Source of the DNA: Podarcis muralis | Lineage: Eukaryota | Assembly: GCF_964188315.1 (NCBI RefSeq) | Contig: NC_135667.1 | Coordinates: forward strand, 24,552,001-24,616,000 | Reading direction: 5' to 3' | DNA: 64,000 nucleotides | In this document: piece by piece, positions 44,986 through 58,276 of the stretch | How positions within the stretch are numbered: the first letter of the stretch is position 1 | Layout of the letters: every line of letters starts with the position of its first letter | The notes under the pieces: generated by a model | What the model was told of the DNA's origin: nothing | What the model saw: the letters and a program-made list of their open reading frames with translations, nothing else | The model's database searches: none | Made by a program: the position numbers and the translations under genes

Positions 44986-47879
44986 CTGACCCCATTTAAG
45001 TGGGACAAGATCTGGGAAAACCCTAAATATATAGAACTGGGTGTAACTTAATGAACTTAAAGGATATATATATAAAAAAAGAATTATGAAATATTATTCC
45101 AATATGTGATCACAGTGGGGAGACTAACATGGACATGGACAGAAGACTTTACTATTAATCAATATGAATGGTGGTAGGAATTAATGGAGGTAAAGTTGAC
45201 CTAATTGAATTTTCAACCTCATTGAAGTCAAGGTCATGAAATCTCTGGGCTACACTACAATGCGATAATAGAATGATACCAGTCACAAGCATCCACTATG
45301 TGCATCATGTGAGCTTTGGATTGTTTGAAATGTCCTAATTTGTGCATTGTCCCTCACTTTTTTTTTTCTTAAGTGAAACAATCATGCTGGCCAGGCTATT
45401 GCATTTATTGTTTTCCACACAGAATATCGACCTTGTATGTGATGCAATATATGTTGGGGAGAGCATAGTGCTCCTAGGAACACTCCTCATGTGTTTTACA
45501 TAAGACATATTTTGATCCATAGATAATTTCTCTTGGGACCACTACTATTGAATGCTACTGGGATTTGTAGTTTCTCCAGGAACACATGCAGAGTGTAGAG
45601 CCATAAAACCTTGTCACTACAAGGTACATATTTACCCACACAGCTCATTCCTATAGAAGATATGGAAAATCAAGAAGCTAATTTTAGAGATTTTGACTTT
45701 ATTTTCATGAAATACAAATGAAGAAATCAAGCGAGACTAATGACAATGCAGCATGCAAAGGTAAAAAAGAAGGAAAAAATAAACTCTCCCTCCTAGTGTT
45801 TCCCCATAGTCATGCAGTAGGAAATGCCAAAGAATAATTTGCAATGTAGAAAACGTGGCAGGTGGCCTGGCATAATCCATCACAACATCCTCTCCTTACA
45901 TCTGCTAAACTCACTTTAACATTGAGAAAGCAACTGCAGCCTAGATATTTCAATTGTTGTAAGCATTTGTGAAGCAGTCTGAACCCTTGAAATATTTTAT
46001 ATACGTGTTAAGCAGTGTATAACTGTCAAGTCAATACATAGACTGAAATCTGTGTCAGCATCAAAAAATCACAACCTACCATTTCATAGCTGGGATGTCT
46101 CTGGACTGCTTAATACTGGCAGTAAATATTCTGTAGCTGCTGTATTTTTATGGTAAAGTGCAGTAACCTGGTTTCTGCATGGATCTGTTCATGTGGTATG
46201 GACTCCATACAGAAAGCAAAAGATCTGTGATTATTGAAAAGCAATCCCTTTTAAATTCAATGTGACTGACTGCTGGATATGTGTACATAGGATTGCACCT
46301 TTACCTAAGCGCATGCACCTTGCATTTTTGTACGTGAATATAACTGACTGAACACAGTGGGATCTACTTCTGAGTGCACACACTTGCACTATTTAAATAT
46401 CTGTGTTAATGCCCTGTGTACGCACACTTCTCTTTTGCTGAATGCACACTTCCTCTAGTTTCTCTTACACACAAAAACATACACAGTGTCTTATCTCCTC
46501 ACAGGAACACAAACATATGTTGTCTTTAATTTTCACAAATCTCTTCATCTCATCTCATTTGTTAGACTCGGGGGGGAGGTGCCCTTTTTCAGCACACTAT
46601 GTGCACCTGCCCCCCCACCAAATGCAGTGACTCTGAAGAATCAGCTGTACAATTCAACACTTAATTTAGATATATTAGCTGAAATAGTCACTATTTCCCA
46701 AATACTGATTCTTTAATGACACATATAATTCAATAATCAAACCACCTCCTGTTTTACGATCAGAATTAGGATCTATATAGTTTTGAAAATAAAAATTGCT
46801 GAAAGAATTGTTAACCAATGAATAGAGTTTATTAGATCAGGATTACTCATAACTGGACAGCAGGCCTCCTTTCCAGCAAATGTCATTGGAATATGTGGGA
46901 ATAAACAAAGTTGGCAGCATATTGGGCATCCCCATTGAAGGAAAAGGACCGTATCCTTTACTGGTATGTATAGGTACAATAGAGGTGGGGAGGGGGGCTT
47001 TTTATATGTTATAAATTTATTCAATGTGACCATTTCCAAAAACTTGGTGTTAAGCCATACTTCCAGACATGTTAGTTGTGTCTAATTTGTTGCAGGAAAA
47101 CCAACATAGGACAGATCCAAGCTATACACTGAAAGCAAACTTAACTCACACTTAAAGCACATGTTTAAAGGTTCTTTGGGGGAAAGTCATGTGCTTCAAA
47201 TGAGCTTGGATATGCTTTCAAATGTATAACATGAAATGACCTATAGATTTCTGTGGCACTTTAAAGTTTAACAGAATTGTTGCATAGACTTTGTGGCATG
47301 GTAGAACATAAACTTTAATGAACTGAGAGCCTTTTGATTGACTAAAACAAAGTCCCTGAAAGCATATTTTCTGTCTTTTGCTCTTCTTTTTACATTTATA
47401 TCCTTTTTTTCACATAGTTCCATGTACTTGGCATATCCATGTAGGGACTGGAGAGATCCTTGTTGGAACATCTGTAGAACTGCTGCCAGTCCGTGTAGAC
47501 AGTTTTCAGTTAGATAGACCAAAGTTCTGACTCAGAGCTAAGCAACTTCGTTTATTCCCATGTTTCTTTTTGGGTAGCAGGAAACTGTGTTTAGGAGCAA
47601 TGAGAGGGTCCATGAGTTCTTCTCCAGTTCTTCCCCAGTTCAGATTTTACCCTGAACCAGAAAAGAATTTTCAGGCTTTTGAAATGCTTTCCTTTTCTTT
47701 GACTCAAGCAGCTGAGTCTTTGAAGGTTGTAAACTACAACCTAGCAACCACAGCAAAATTTTATGTATTTCTATTCAAAAGCATATAGGGTTGCAACTCT
47801 AATTGTTTGAAGTCTCTTTTCTTCCATAAAGCTGTCTATCATAACGGGGATGATACACCTGCTCTTTCATTAGCTATAA

Positions 47880-47882
<3 letters not shown>

Positions 47883-47922
<40 letters not shown>
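47883..47922. repeat. (AT)n microsatellite upstream of OR-D
   Basis: Read directly from the sequence. Confidence 0.97.
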
Positions 47923-47925
<3 letters not shown>

Positions 47926-48054
47926 TTCATTTCTATCGTTACTGATTGTGACAGATCATGAAAAATGTTAATAAATTGCTGAATACATGCATTAAATAAG
48001 CTCTCTCTCTCTCTCTCTTTTGTATCAGCAGCCATGCCACATCTGTAGGAGAAA

Positions 48055-48987
48055 ATGCCTAATTCAACGGTCCTTCCTACTTTTCTTCTCTTGGATTTTT
48101 CTGACAACTGGGAGCAAAACGTTTTGTACTTCACTCTTTTTTTAGTGATTTACTTGGCAGCCTTGACAGCAAATTTTCTTATCATCTCAGCGGTTTCCCT
48201 GGATCAACAGCTTCATACCCCCATGTACTTTTTCTTGGTGAATTTATCTGTTGTTGACCTTGGTTCCATTTCTGTCACCATCCCCAATGCCATGATCAAT
48301 TCACTTTGGAACACCAGAGAGATTTCATTTTCGGGGTGTGTTGCACAAGTGTATTCCTTGTTCTTCTTCTTGATCTCAGATTTGTTCTTGCTCACAGGCA
48401 TGGCGTATGATAGGTATGTTGCCATCTGTGACCCACTGCACTATGAGACAGTGATGGGCAGGAAAGCCTGCATCCAGATGGCAGCCAGTGCATGGATAGC
48501 TGGCCTTCTTTACTCGGCCTTACACACCGGTAGCACTTTTGCCATCACCTTCTGCTCCAACATCATCAACCAGTTCTTCTGTGAAATCCCACAACTGCTG
48601 AAAATTTCCTGTGATAATTTATACCTCATTGAAGTTGGAGTTATTGCTTTCAGTGCATTTATAGTCTTTACCTGTTTTGGTTTCATAGTTGTTTCCTATG
48701 TGCAGATTTTCAAGTCAGTGCTCAGAATCCCTACTACTCAAGGACGGAATAAGGCCTTCTCAACTTGCCTACCACATCTCATTGTTGTCTCCTTATTTAT
48801 AAGTACTGGTGCCATTGCCTACTTGAAGCCTGTCTCAGGTGCACCTTCAGATCTGGATCTGGTGATTTCTGTATTATATTCTGTAGTACCTCCACTGATG
48901 AATCCAATTATTTATACCATGAGGAACAGGGACATCAAAGTTGCACTTTGCAAAATGTTTCAGTACATTGTTTCTTACAGGAAATAA
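48055..48987 (+). CDS. Olfactory receptor, family-14-like (OR-D), 310 aa
   Basis: LHTPMYFFL, MAYDRYVAICDPL, NQFFCEIPQLL, KAFSTC and MNPIIYTMRN motifs. Confidence 0.96.
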   Translation: MPNSTVLPTFLLLDFSDNWEQNVLYFTLFLVIYLAALTANFLIISAVSLDQQLHTPMYFFLVNLSVVDLGSISVTIPNAMINSLWNTREISFSGCVAQVYSLFFFLISDLFLLTGMAYDRYVAICDPLHYETVMGRKACIQMAASAWIAGLLYSALHTGSTFAITFCSNIINQFFCEIPQLLKISCDNLYLIEVGVIAFSAFIVFTCFGFIVVSYVQIFKSVLRIPTTQGRNKAFSTCLPHLIVVSLFISTGAIAYLKPVSGAPSDLDLVISVLYSVVPPLMNPIIYTMRNRDIKVALCKMFQYIVSYRK

Positions 48988-49279
48988 GGAAGCTTTTCCC
49001 ACTGTGAATCCGGTATCCAGCCCTGTGAGGTTTAATTAGAAACAATGGACTTTTATAGGCAAATGCCAGAATGAAACGGGACATAACATAGATATGTATA
49101 TGCATGTATGAATCTATCTAGTCATCCTCACCCATTTAAACTATTGCACTGAAGTTATTTGAATCCTTTGAGTTCAGTCCTGAGTATGAGTAACAACGGA
49201 TGCATTTTGTCAAAAGTTCATCACTGTTACAGGTGCCACATAATATATGTTCTGCATTTGTAAGAAATATATATATATT

Positions 49280-49555
49280 AGTGTGGTGGCACCTATGCTG
49301 TGGAACTCCCTGCCTATTGACATTAGGCAGGTGCCTTCACTGTACTCTTTTGGATGCCTGCTGAAAATATTTTTGGCTAGATAAGCCTACACAGAGGATT
49401 GAAATGGCGACGTGTTTTCAGTTTATTTCTGGGTTTTTTAATTTAAAAAAAGTTTTAATTGTTTTTACTAGTAATATTGCTGTTTTATTCTTTCTGTAAC
49501 ACACTTAGAAGTTTTCTACAATCAAGCACAATATAAATTTTATGAAATAAATAAA
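49280..49555 (+). mobile_element. Old L2 3' fragment
   Basis: gtggtggcacct..gctgtggaactccctgcc, resembling the L2 APxLWNSLP end, followed by a T-rich UTR. Confidence 0.55.
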
Positions 49556-52500
49556 ATTAATTTTAAAAAAATGATCTTTTAATCTTCCACTGACATTAGT
49601 CACCTATATACATAAAAATCCAAGGCTCATATCACACAGATCCTATTGGAGGATGTGTAGTGCAGCATCAAAGTCCTAGATTGTATGAAGTCAGCTCTAA
49701 CCATGTAGTAATCTGACCTTGCACTCTGTAGGAAACTGTACTTTCTTATATATTCATTGAATATAGTTCTCAGCAAATAATATTAATGTGGGTATTGCTT
49801 AACACAGAGAATGAATCCATTTACAACAATAGATCTGAGGGTTACTGAAAATACAATAAATTGTTGAAAGCTATAGAAATTTAAGATCAGCAGAACTATA
49901 ATTATATTTCTCAGTATAGGTACTGTAAACACATACATTTTAAAGGTGGGTGAAAATGAACATTTCTCTACCTCCCAAAGCAATTAATTTTTCCCCCAAG
50001 GGTGACCTCAATGTATATCCCTGGAGGACACCAGAGGGATGGATTTCTCCCCCTCATTTGCTCCAAAGCTTTTACTTTCATGCTAGCAAGTGGAACCAGT
50101 TGAGTTGAGGTGGGGTGCAGGCTGATGTGGCATAACAATGATAGCACAACTGGAGGAAAGGAGCTGCATAGCTTCTTCTCATCTCACCCCCAATGTCACA
50201 GGTACATCATAGGTTTTCCAATTGAAAAAGGCACCAAATAGAACATAGGGAGGGAGCATAAGCAACTGAACATTGCAAAGGTGGAATTCACCAAAGGTAG
50301 AGAAACTAAAGGACATGAAATGTCTGGAATGATATATGGAACAGGATATCTGGAACAAGGGAACAGTCGGGGGAGAAATGAGGGAAGAATAAGAATATCT
50401 GAAGCTGTTCCCATAATATTCTTAATTTCACTATTACATTTATTGTCAGGAACTAGACTGAAGAGGAATGGTGCCCTCCCCCCTTCTCCTGAACCTTCCT
50501 GAGAACAAGAGAACAGTATAGATTTAGAACAGTGGTTTGCAGAAGGGCATAGTTCAGAGGCTGCAGAGGGCAGAAGCTGGGAAATACTGGAAGAGGAACA
50601 GCAGGAAGAAGGAGAAGCACCAGGGGAGAGACAGCTGACACACTCAGTGTCCTTGGAAAGCATTCCTGACCCCACCTCTCCCAAGGCCAGATGGGCATCG
50701 AGGGTATTAGAAGAGAGAGCTAAGAGGCAGAAAGCTGAGATTAACTGATGGAGTGACATTGAATAGGGGACACGTAGGGGGGTGGAACTTTACTTGGAGC
50801 AATGTCATCATTGAATAGAGACTACATTCTTTGTCTCTCTGTGAATACTGAATAAATTATGTGGTAAGGACTTTTCGTCTTTATCTGCTTTTTTTGGCTG
50901 CCGCCAGGGGAAGCATAGGATTCCCCTGAAGCCTTGACATTTATACACCACCTTTCTTTCAAGATGGCACTCTTCAATGATCACACTAAAGATTATGTGA
51001 TACATAGGATTTCCATGCTGTTTTCCATCTAGGTATGAGATGGACCCAGACCTCATTATCTTCAACAATGCCTTTTAATCCCAATACTTCAGACCATGGT
51101 CTGGGATCTCCCCTTTTTAATATTTGAACTCATTTGAAATGCATTTCAAAGTTAAGCAGTTCAGGATAATTTTGTAGACTGATCTGCACATCTGACAGCA
51201 ATATGCTGAGTCTGTCACTCATGATGGATCATTTGAAAGCTCCATCCTGAAGATTCGTCTTTGTCCTCTGCAAACAGTTACATTCCATAATGTGTTTTTC
51301 TCACTTTGGCTCTCAAATAATTTAGACATAATGATCATTCTCTTGGGACTTTGGAAATAATCTGGACTGGGCTCCTGGGGGGGGGGAATCTCTAAGTACT
51401 GTTTCAGAAGGAGCATATATAATTTTCCTTCCCCCCAAAAAACCACACTTCCACTGTAGTTTGAAATCAGAAGCAGAGACCTGGAGCACAATGTAGATGA
51501 TTTCAGTATCACATTTATTTCATTATAGAAGATAAATTGGCAGATCCTTTCTCAAGTTAAATTTGTGAAAGTTACATAAATATAAAGACCTTAATAGAGA
51601 AATACTGAAAGATCACTGAAAGTATGAGAAAATTGTACAAATCTTGGAAGAAATATATACAATAAACCAGTAATTATAGTAATAATAATATCTTGTTCCT
51701 TTCTCTTGTTGGATGCATCACCGTGATAGTCTGTTTTCCTAATATATGTTGGATAATCTTCTTTCACATATGCAAGACCAGCTATACTTTCCAGATCCAC
51801 AGTGCAAGCAGTTGTATAATCTGATGGGAATGAGAATGGAATGGAATATGCCAAACAAATGTGTATAAGCAGCAGATCCAAGGTAAGATGGATTTCCCTT
51901 GGATAAGGAAAGTAGTTCTTTGCATTCAGAAGATGATAATAAATTCTAGATGGGTATAATTTATTCCTTTAATTTAATCTAAAGTCATTAGCTCAGAGAA
52001 AATTGATGGGAACCCTAGATAGGATCATAGATGGCCCTACAGATGTTGCTGGATTGCAACTTCCATTGTCCCTGACCATTCTGGCTGGGGCTGATTGAAT
52101 GACACAGGTTACACATCCTTGATATTTGGCATGGTTAAATAGAAAATAATCTAAGAGTGGATGGCTGGGGTTTGAGAAGTCCTTAGCTTGAGATTCTAAT
52201 GTACTAGTTAGATTGCTAAAATTCACCTTATACCTGTGACTGAACTAACACAGAATGTATGATGAGCTGAACTTGTCAAAAAAGAATTTCCTCTAATTAT
52301 CTAGGGAACTAGCTTTACATTCCAGTTTTTCCACACAGTGGAAGAAACCAAAGCTTATCCCATATGTCGCCATGAAAATTCTGAATAATTGCAATCTAGA
52401 CTATTGCTGTCATTTTACTGAATGAGCACCACAAAAGATACTCTGGGAAGAAAGTCCATGGTGTGGTTTCTCTGAATTGTATGTACAGAACAAAGGGAAC

Positions 52501-53104
52501 AATTCTAAGCTCCCAGAAACGGAGACTGGGAGGTTATTGGATACTGCAGAATTTTGTCTTTGTGTTGTGAGAAGGAGGCGACTTTAAGAGGGAGAGGTCC
52601 AAGTTCATCCATGAATGGAGGAAACCTTCACCACTGTTGCCAACCCATCATTACTGTTGTGAGGCCATGATTTTTTTGTTAGGATAAAATCATATGCAGG
52701 AAACTCCATGACACCCCACCCCCTCAAAAATCAGTATTGGGACTGTTTTCTCACATCTCATTAAAACTTAAAATGTGTATACCAGAATAATATATGTGTG
52801 CATATTTTATACACCAAACCTGCACAAGTTGTGGCACCCTAAAATTAGCTGAGTCTTGTATTGTGGCTGTACTGCCAACATAGGTGTTTCATAACACACA
52901 GCCATTCAGTTTTTCAGTCCAGAACAAGCAGTTAAAAGCAGGAGGCTTGCTTACTCTCTGGTGGGCTATTATTTATGACTGATGGACAAGCATGGGGTCC
53001 AAGTTGTACATGCCTCTTGCAGACTCAAATCATTAATTAAGAGTATCAATGAGCATTTTTCTTCTTCACTAACTATAGGCTGGCTACAGTTTGCCAAGAA
53101 AGAA

Positions 53105-54043
53105 ATGAGCAACCATAGCTTTGTGAATGAGTTCCAGCTCAAAGGATTCTCTGATGTTCTGGAGCTGCACATTATATACTTTTTGGGTTTTTTCCTCATC
53201 TACTTGGCAGCTGTGATTGGAAATCTTCTCGTGATAACTGCTGTAGCCCTCAACAAACACCTGCAAACCCCAATGTACTTTTTCCTGGTTAATTTAAACA
53301 TTATTGATATGGGTTTCATCTCAGTCACTGTTCCCAAAGCCATGGCTAATTCCCTGATGAACACTAAGAGAATTTCATATTATGGATGTATGGCTCAGGT
53401 CTTCTTCTTCTTTTGGGCTGGGGCATCAGAATTTGTCCTCTTGACAGTCATGGCCTATGATCGTTATGTTGCCATCTGCAATCCACTGAACTATGTGAGA
53501 GAAATGAACAGGGGAGTCTGTATCAAAATGGCCACCAGCGCATGGATCTTTGGGTTTTTGGATGCAACACTGAATACTGTCTGCACATTTATCATCCCTT
53601 TCTGCTCCAATAACATCAACCAGTTCTTCTGTGAAATCCCACAGCTTCTAAAGCTTTCCTGTTCCAACTCCTCGTATCTCATTGAAACTGGGGCTCTTGT
53701 TTTTACTGTTCTGATATGTATAAGCTGTTTTTGTTTCACAATCATTTCCTATGTGCACATTTTCAGAGCTGTGTTTGCCATTCCTTCTGCAAAGGGAAGG
53801 CAAAAAGCATTTTCTACCTGCCTGCCCCATTTTGCTGTGCTCTCCTTGTTCTATTTCACTGGAATCTATGCCTGTTTGGGGTCAACCTTTAGGGCCTCGT
53901 CAGGCTTGGATTTCTTGCTTGCAGTGTTGTATTCAATGGTCCCTCCTTTCATGAACCCGATCATTTATAGCATGAGGAACAAAGAGATAACAGCAGCACT
54001 TCAGAGGTTTTGCCATAAGAAAAGAAATCTGCTGTCGATTTAG
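53105..54043 (+). CDS. Olfactory receptor, family-14-like (OR-E), 312 aa
   Basis: OR motifs LQTPMYFFL, MAYDRYVAIC, KAFSTC and MNPIIYSMRN. Start placed at MSNHS (53105) because an acceptor (cttcttcactaactatag, 53078) precedes it; the ORF track begins at 52982. Confidence 0.93.
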   Translation: MSNHSFVNEFQLKGFSDVLELHIIYFLGFFLIYLAAVIGNLLVITAVALNKHLQTPMYFFLVNLNIIDMGFISVTVPKAMANSLMNTKRISYYGCMAQVFFFFWAGASEFVLLTVMAYDRYVAICNPLNYVREMNRGVCIKMATSAWIFGFLDATLNTVCTFIIPFCSNNINQFFCEIPQLLKLSCSNSSYLIETGALVFTVLICISCFCFTIISYVHIFRAVFAIPSAKGRQKAFSTCLPHFAVLSLFYFTGIYACLGSTFRASSGLDFLLAVLYSMVPPFMNPIIYSMRNKEITAALQRFCHKKRNLLSI

Positions 54044-55896
54044 AAACATGAATTGAGCTGGTATAATTCCAGTCCACTGATGTTTTAGTTAAAAAACAAG
54101 TTGGATATCTAACAAGTCACATGGATTTCAACAGAACCTAAGGCCAAAACTAGATGATCATCTTAAAAAAAAAAAAGAAGAGAATTATTTAAAAAGATAG
54201 TAATGAACACCCAGTCTGCTTTTGAATCTTGGCAATGACAATAGAGAGATTGCAATCTTTTGTCCCTTGCTGTGTTCCCAATCTAGACTATGGGGATAAA
54301 TGTTCCCATTCATATTAATGGAAGTTTTTCTTCTAATGCAAATAGATGTGGAGATTTAACAAATAGTTAAAGCACCTCTATTCTGCTTCACTAGAGTCCC
54401 ACTCCAGATTCGGACCCATGAGCCTGCTATTTCTTTCTTTATTTAGTCATTCTCAATTGCTAATTGAAGGCAGACATTTTATCTTGTCGGGACATCAGTC
54501 ACACTAATGTTGGCTATATGGACGATTTGCTGATCCCTCCTTTTGCAAAAATATTGTTTTGGATCCAAAGGCTGCTCTTCAAAATGAATATTTCTCCAAA
54601 TATTTATCTGATAGAAGAAAGCTTTCCATCAAGGCAAAGGGTATTTCATATTTTATCCATTATGAATAAAATATTTGTATTTCACTGATTCCCTTTCCCC
54701 CACTTCCTTCCTTCCTTCCAAAATCCAACACATAGTAAATGGTCATCTTATTCCACTTCACATCACCCTAACATTTTCTCCACTACTGTATATTGTGAAT
54801 GTATATCTTATTCCAGTAAAGCTATCTTCTAATTTCTGAAAGTGTGCATATGTATTTTAAAAAGGAAAACATTTGCCCTACATTTGTATTCCTCTTTGAC
54901 AGTATTTAATAATTTCAATAAAGCTGAGATGTTGCAGTTCAGATCTGTCAGGAAAATGAAAAGCCCTTCAGTTTAACTATTAACACATACACAAACCCTT
55001 TGTAGTTGCCCAGTGAAAAGGGGTGTGCATTCTCCGCTGCATGGACAAAAGTTACATGATCTTCGCATTTAACATGCAGACTTTCTTTCTTTCTTTTTTT
55101 AAAAAAAGCAAATTGCATCAGTTGGCAAGAGCTGAGAATTGAGGGGATCAGAGGGGGCATAGAGAGAAAAATTATCCACTTCTGTAGCCCTAAGGAAAAT
55201 CCTCATGAGGGTGGAATTTGCTTTTTGAGGAAATCGTCCATTGCCGCCCTACACAGAATGAATTCTTGAAGCAGAGGTGCTCTGTCCCCATTGTTGGTTA
55301 TAGAATGACAGCTGGAAAAGCAAGCCTTGATGTGATTCTCAGCCAGGAATAAGAAGGACTGGGCAAATGCTGTACACTGAATAATTTTAGTATAAAAATT
55401 ACAGAGATTCCAATGGCACCTTAATGACTAACATTAATCATGTTAATGACTAACTTTAATCATGTTAATTATTTAAAGTTGAAACAAAAAGGAAGTTGCA
55501 ATGAGTCTTTACAACATAAAGTTCATTAAAAAAACAAATTGTTACACAAGTCCTGGAAGACCTGCTTCCTGCTTTGCAGATCTTTTCCCATCTGGCTGGA
55601 ACCCTGACTGACTCCACCTAAGGCTGCTGAAAAGACTCTTGGGATGGGGTATTGCTGTTATTGATATTATTTTTTGTTTATTGTGATTTATGTGGAAATG
55701 CTTACATTGGTTGTATACTTTTTGATGGTTTATGAATTGTTTATGAAAACATACAGAAAAAGTGACCAAGAAAGCTCCCCTGTTGGCTAGCAAGGTCAAA
55801 CTTACACCTTATAACTGTGAGTATATTCTATTGTTGTACTGTGTATTTTGGGTCTATGGGCCACAATAAAGCTGTGTGTGTGGTTTGCTTGTTGTT

Positions 55897-56707
55897 GCGC
55901 GTCGAGGTCCCCAAGACACCCCCCAAGAAAAACACAATTGACACTTAATTTTTGTTTAAGGTTTTTGTCATAATTTTGGCCACAACTTTATTCAAATTAC
56001 AGCAATGTGAGTGGTTGCTTAGGCATTGGTAGCACTAACTGACCCCACACGGGGACAGCTCAAACATTCACACCCCCCGCGAAGTCAGCAAGGGCAAGTC
56101 ACCTGGGGAGAGAGACGGGACTGGGAACCATGCCTCACCTCTCCCCAGAATGCTCCCAGGGGCTTGCGTGGCCCTAGCCCCTTGCCAGGGGGTTTCGGAC
56201 AAAAGCATGGGGAGCCCCTGGGTTCCTTTAATGGAAAACCCTTGAATCAGCAGCATTTTGGAGGGGCAGGCACAGCCGAATCCATACCCCTCCACCAACC
56301 AATTCCAAGACCAATGCCTAACCGCAAACCTTACAAGTTGTGACGATTTGCTACACAGTAGGCAAAAACCAAGTGGCACACACTAATCAGCCAAATGGAC
56401 AAAATTCCTACCGGGCCCCTGCCCCAAAGCAGATGACCCCATGACAGGCATAGCAAGGTCAAGCAAACAGCCTAAAATTAGGGAAGGGAGGGCGGGTGAT
56501 CCGAAGCAAGCAGCGAAAAGTTGAAGTTTGTCGCTGCGAGCATCGTATTTAACAAATAGGGCTGTCAATCAACAAATGGCAACATCTAGATTTCCCCAGT
56601 AACAGCCCGCCCCTGCTTAAAGGATGACCAAACCATTTGCCTAGCAACAGTGAGGTGTCTCGTCAGCCCCGCCCGCAACCCGCGCTCTCCATGAGGGAGA
56701 ACACACT
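55897..56707 (-). mobile_element. LTR-like element bounded by TT (copy 4)
   Basis: Paralogue of copy 3 in unrelated flanks; same termini (tt-gcgcg...gagaacacact-tt). Confidence 0.8.
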
Positions 56708-57309
56708 TTGTCATTACTAAGAAGCATCTCACTTCTGAGCTTTGTCAGTCTCCAGGGAACACATTTGTGATCCAATTTATACAACCAAATACAGCATAAG
56801 AGAAATTAACATTGCTTCTTCCCTTGCCCTTGCCCTTGTTCTGGTCAGAGGTAGAGAAAGAAAGGATATCAAACCTATAGATGTACATTTCCTTCAAAAG
56901 CTGTAAATTATGCATGAAGACGCTGCAGAGAGAAACTGAAGGTGTACTCAGGGAAGAAAATCATAAAGAAAAAAGAGTAAGTTTTCTCAATTTCTCTCTC
57001 ACTCTGCAATTGGACTTCTCAATTTTCTCAGCTATCTACCTTTCTAATCAATTATTATGCTATTTGTTAATCCCCCATCCACTCTTTATCCCATTCTACA
57101 TTATTATTTGTCCTTCAATAGCACACCATTTCAGAAATATGTCTTCATTTGCTATTCCTTTGCTATTTCAACCAAACAGCTCCCTGTTTTCATATGCTGA
57201 AACAGAGGGCAACCGAAATGTTCAAGATTCAGGAACAACTAACCTTTGGGGTTTGGTTATAATTTTTGGATGAGGGGAAAAGGAGTTTCAACTTAGGAAA
57301 TAAAGCTGA

Positions 57310-57530
57310 GTTGGGGGGTACATAACAGAACTGTATCAAATTATTCATGGTGTGGAGAAAGTAAATAGGTTTCTCCATCTTTCATAATACTTGAACCTGG
57401 GGCTATCCAGTTTTGGATGTTGGAAGATTCAGAAAAGGCAATGGGAAATACTTCTTCACATAGTACAGATGACCACCCCCTTGCATGGCTTTAAAAAGGG
57501 GAGTAGACAAATTCATGGAAGATAAGACTG
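57310..57530 (+). mobile_element. CR1 LINE 3' fragment
   Basis: tatcaaattattcatggtgtggagaaagt...ggaagattcag...tacttcttcac...tggctttaaaaaggg..tagacaaattcatgga. Confidence 0.65.
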
Positions 57531-58276
57531 TCTCTGAATGTCAGTTGATGGGGAAAGACAAGTAGGGAGAGGGCTATTGCACATGTGTCCTTCTGTGAAA
57601 GAGGCACCTTATCTAAAGCAACACATTAGCTTGTGATAATTCACATAGAATTTGTAAAATGCATAATGACTTTAAGTGTAAATCAACTGAGTAGCGTTCC
57701 TTTTTTCATGGATGTAGAATTTCTCATAAATCCCTTTCATTTTACAGAAATTGCTAGCCTGACTGAGCCAGGAACCTACCAGCTCAGCTGGACATATGCT
57801 GGATCCAAACTCCATGCATCCTGGAGGAACAAGCCATAGGATTTTGCCCTTTGGAAGAATACCCACTTCTTAAGACTTAAACCAGCCTATATTTTACTGA
57901 GCCAAGTTAGGAGCAAAGAATCAGCCAACTGACCTGGAGCTGTGTTGGAGCTCTTCAACATCCTAAACTGCTCATCCCCGTAGATCTTGCCACAGGATTG
58001 CCCCCTAGTCTGCTAGTCTTTTTAAATTCATCACATGATTCTTTTCAATGTTTCATTTAACATATTAACAAAAGTACCCATCTTTAATTCACATCTCTTC
58101 AAATTCCCTCACTTTCCCCATAAAAAAAACCTGATGAATAATTGTGAGTTATTTATACTAAAAAATTAAAGACAGGAAAAATCCTTCATGGAGACTTGTC
58201 CAAATAGTCTAACACTTTCTGCATTACTTCATGGCTATCTTCCTTTCCAGAAGCAGCTGAGTTTCCTGAGGAGAAA

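Noticed and set aside
50196-50759. 187-aa Ser/Leu-rich minus-strand ORF
   Set aside because: Purine/pyrimidine-biased low-complexity DNA with no recognisable domain or splice pattern.
57740-58000. Possible old LINE or exon fragment upstream of OR-F
   Set aside because: No motif could be identified by eye; left unannotated.
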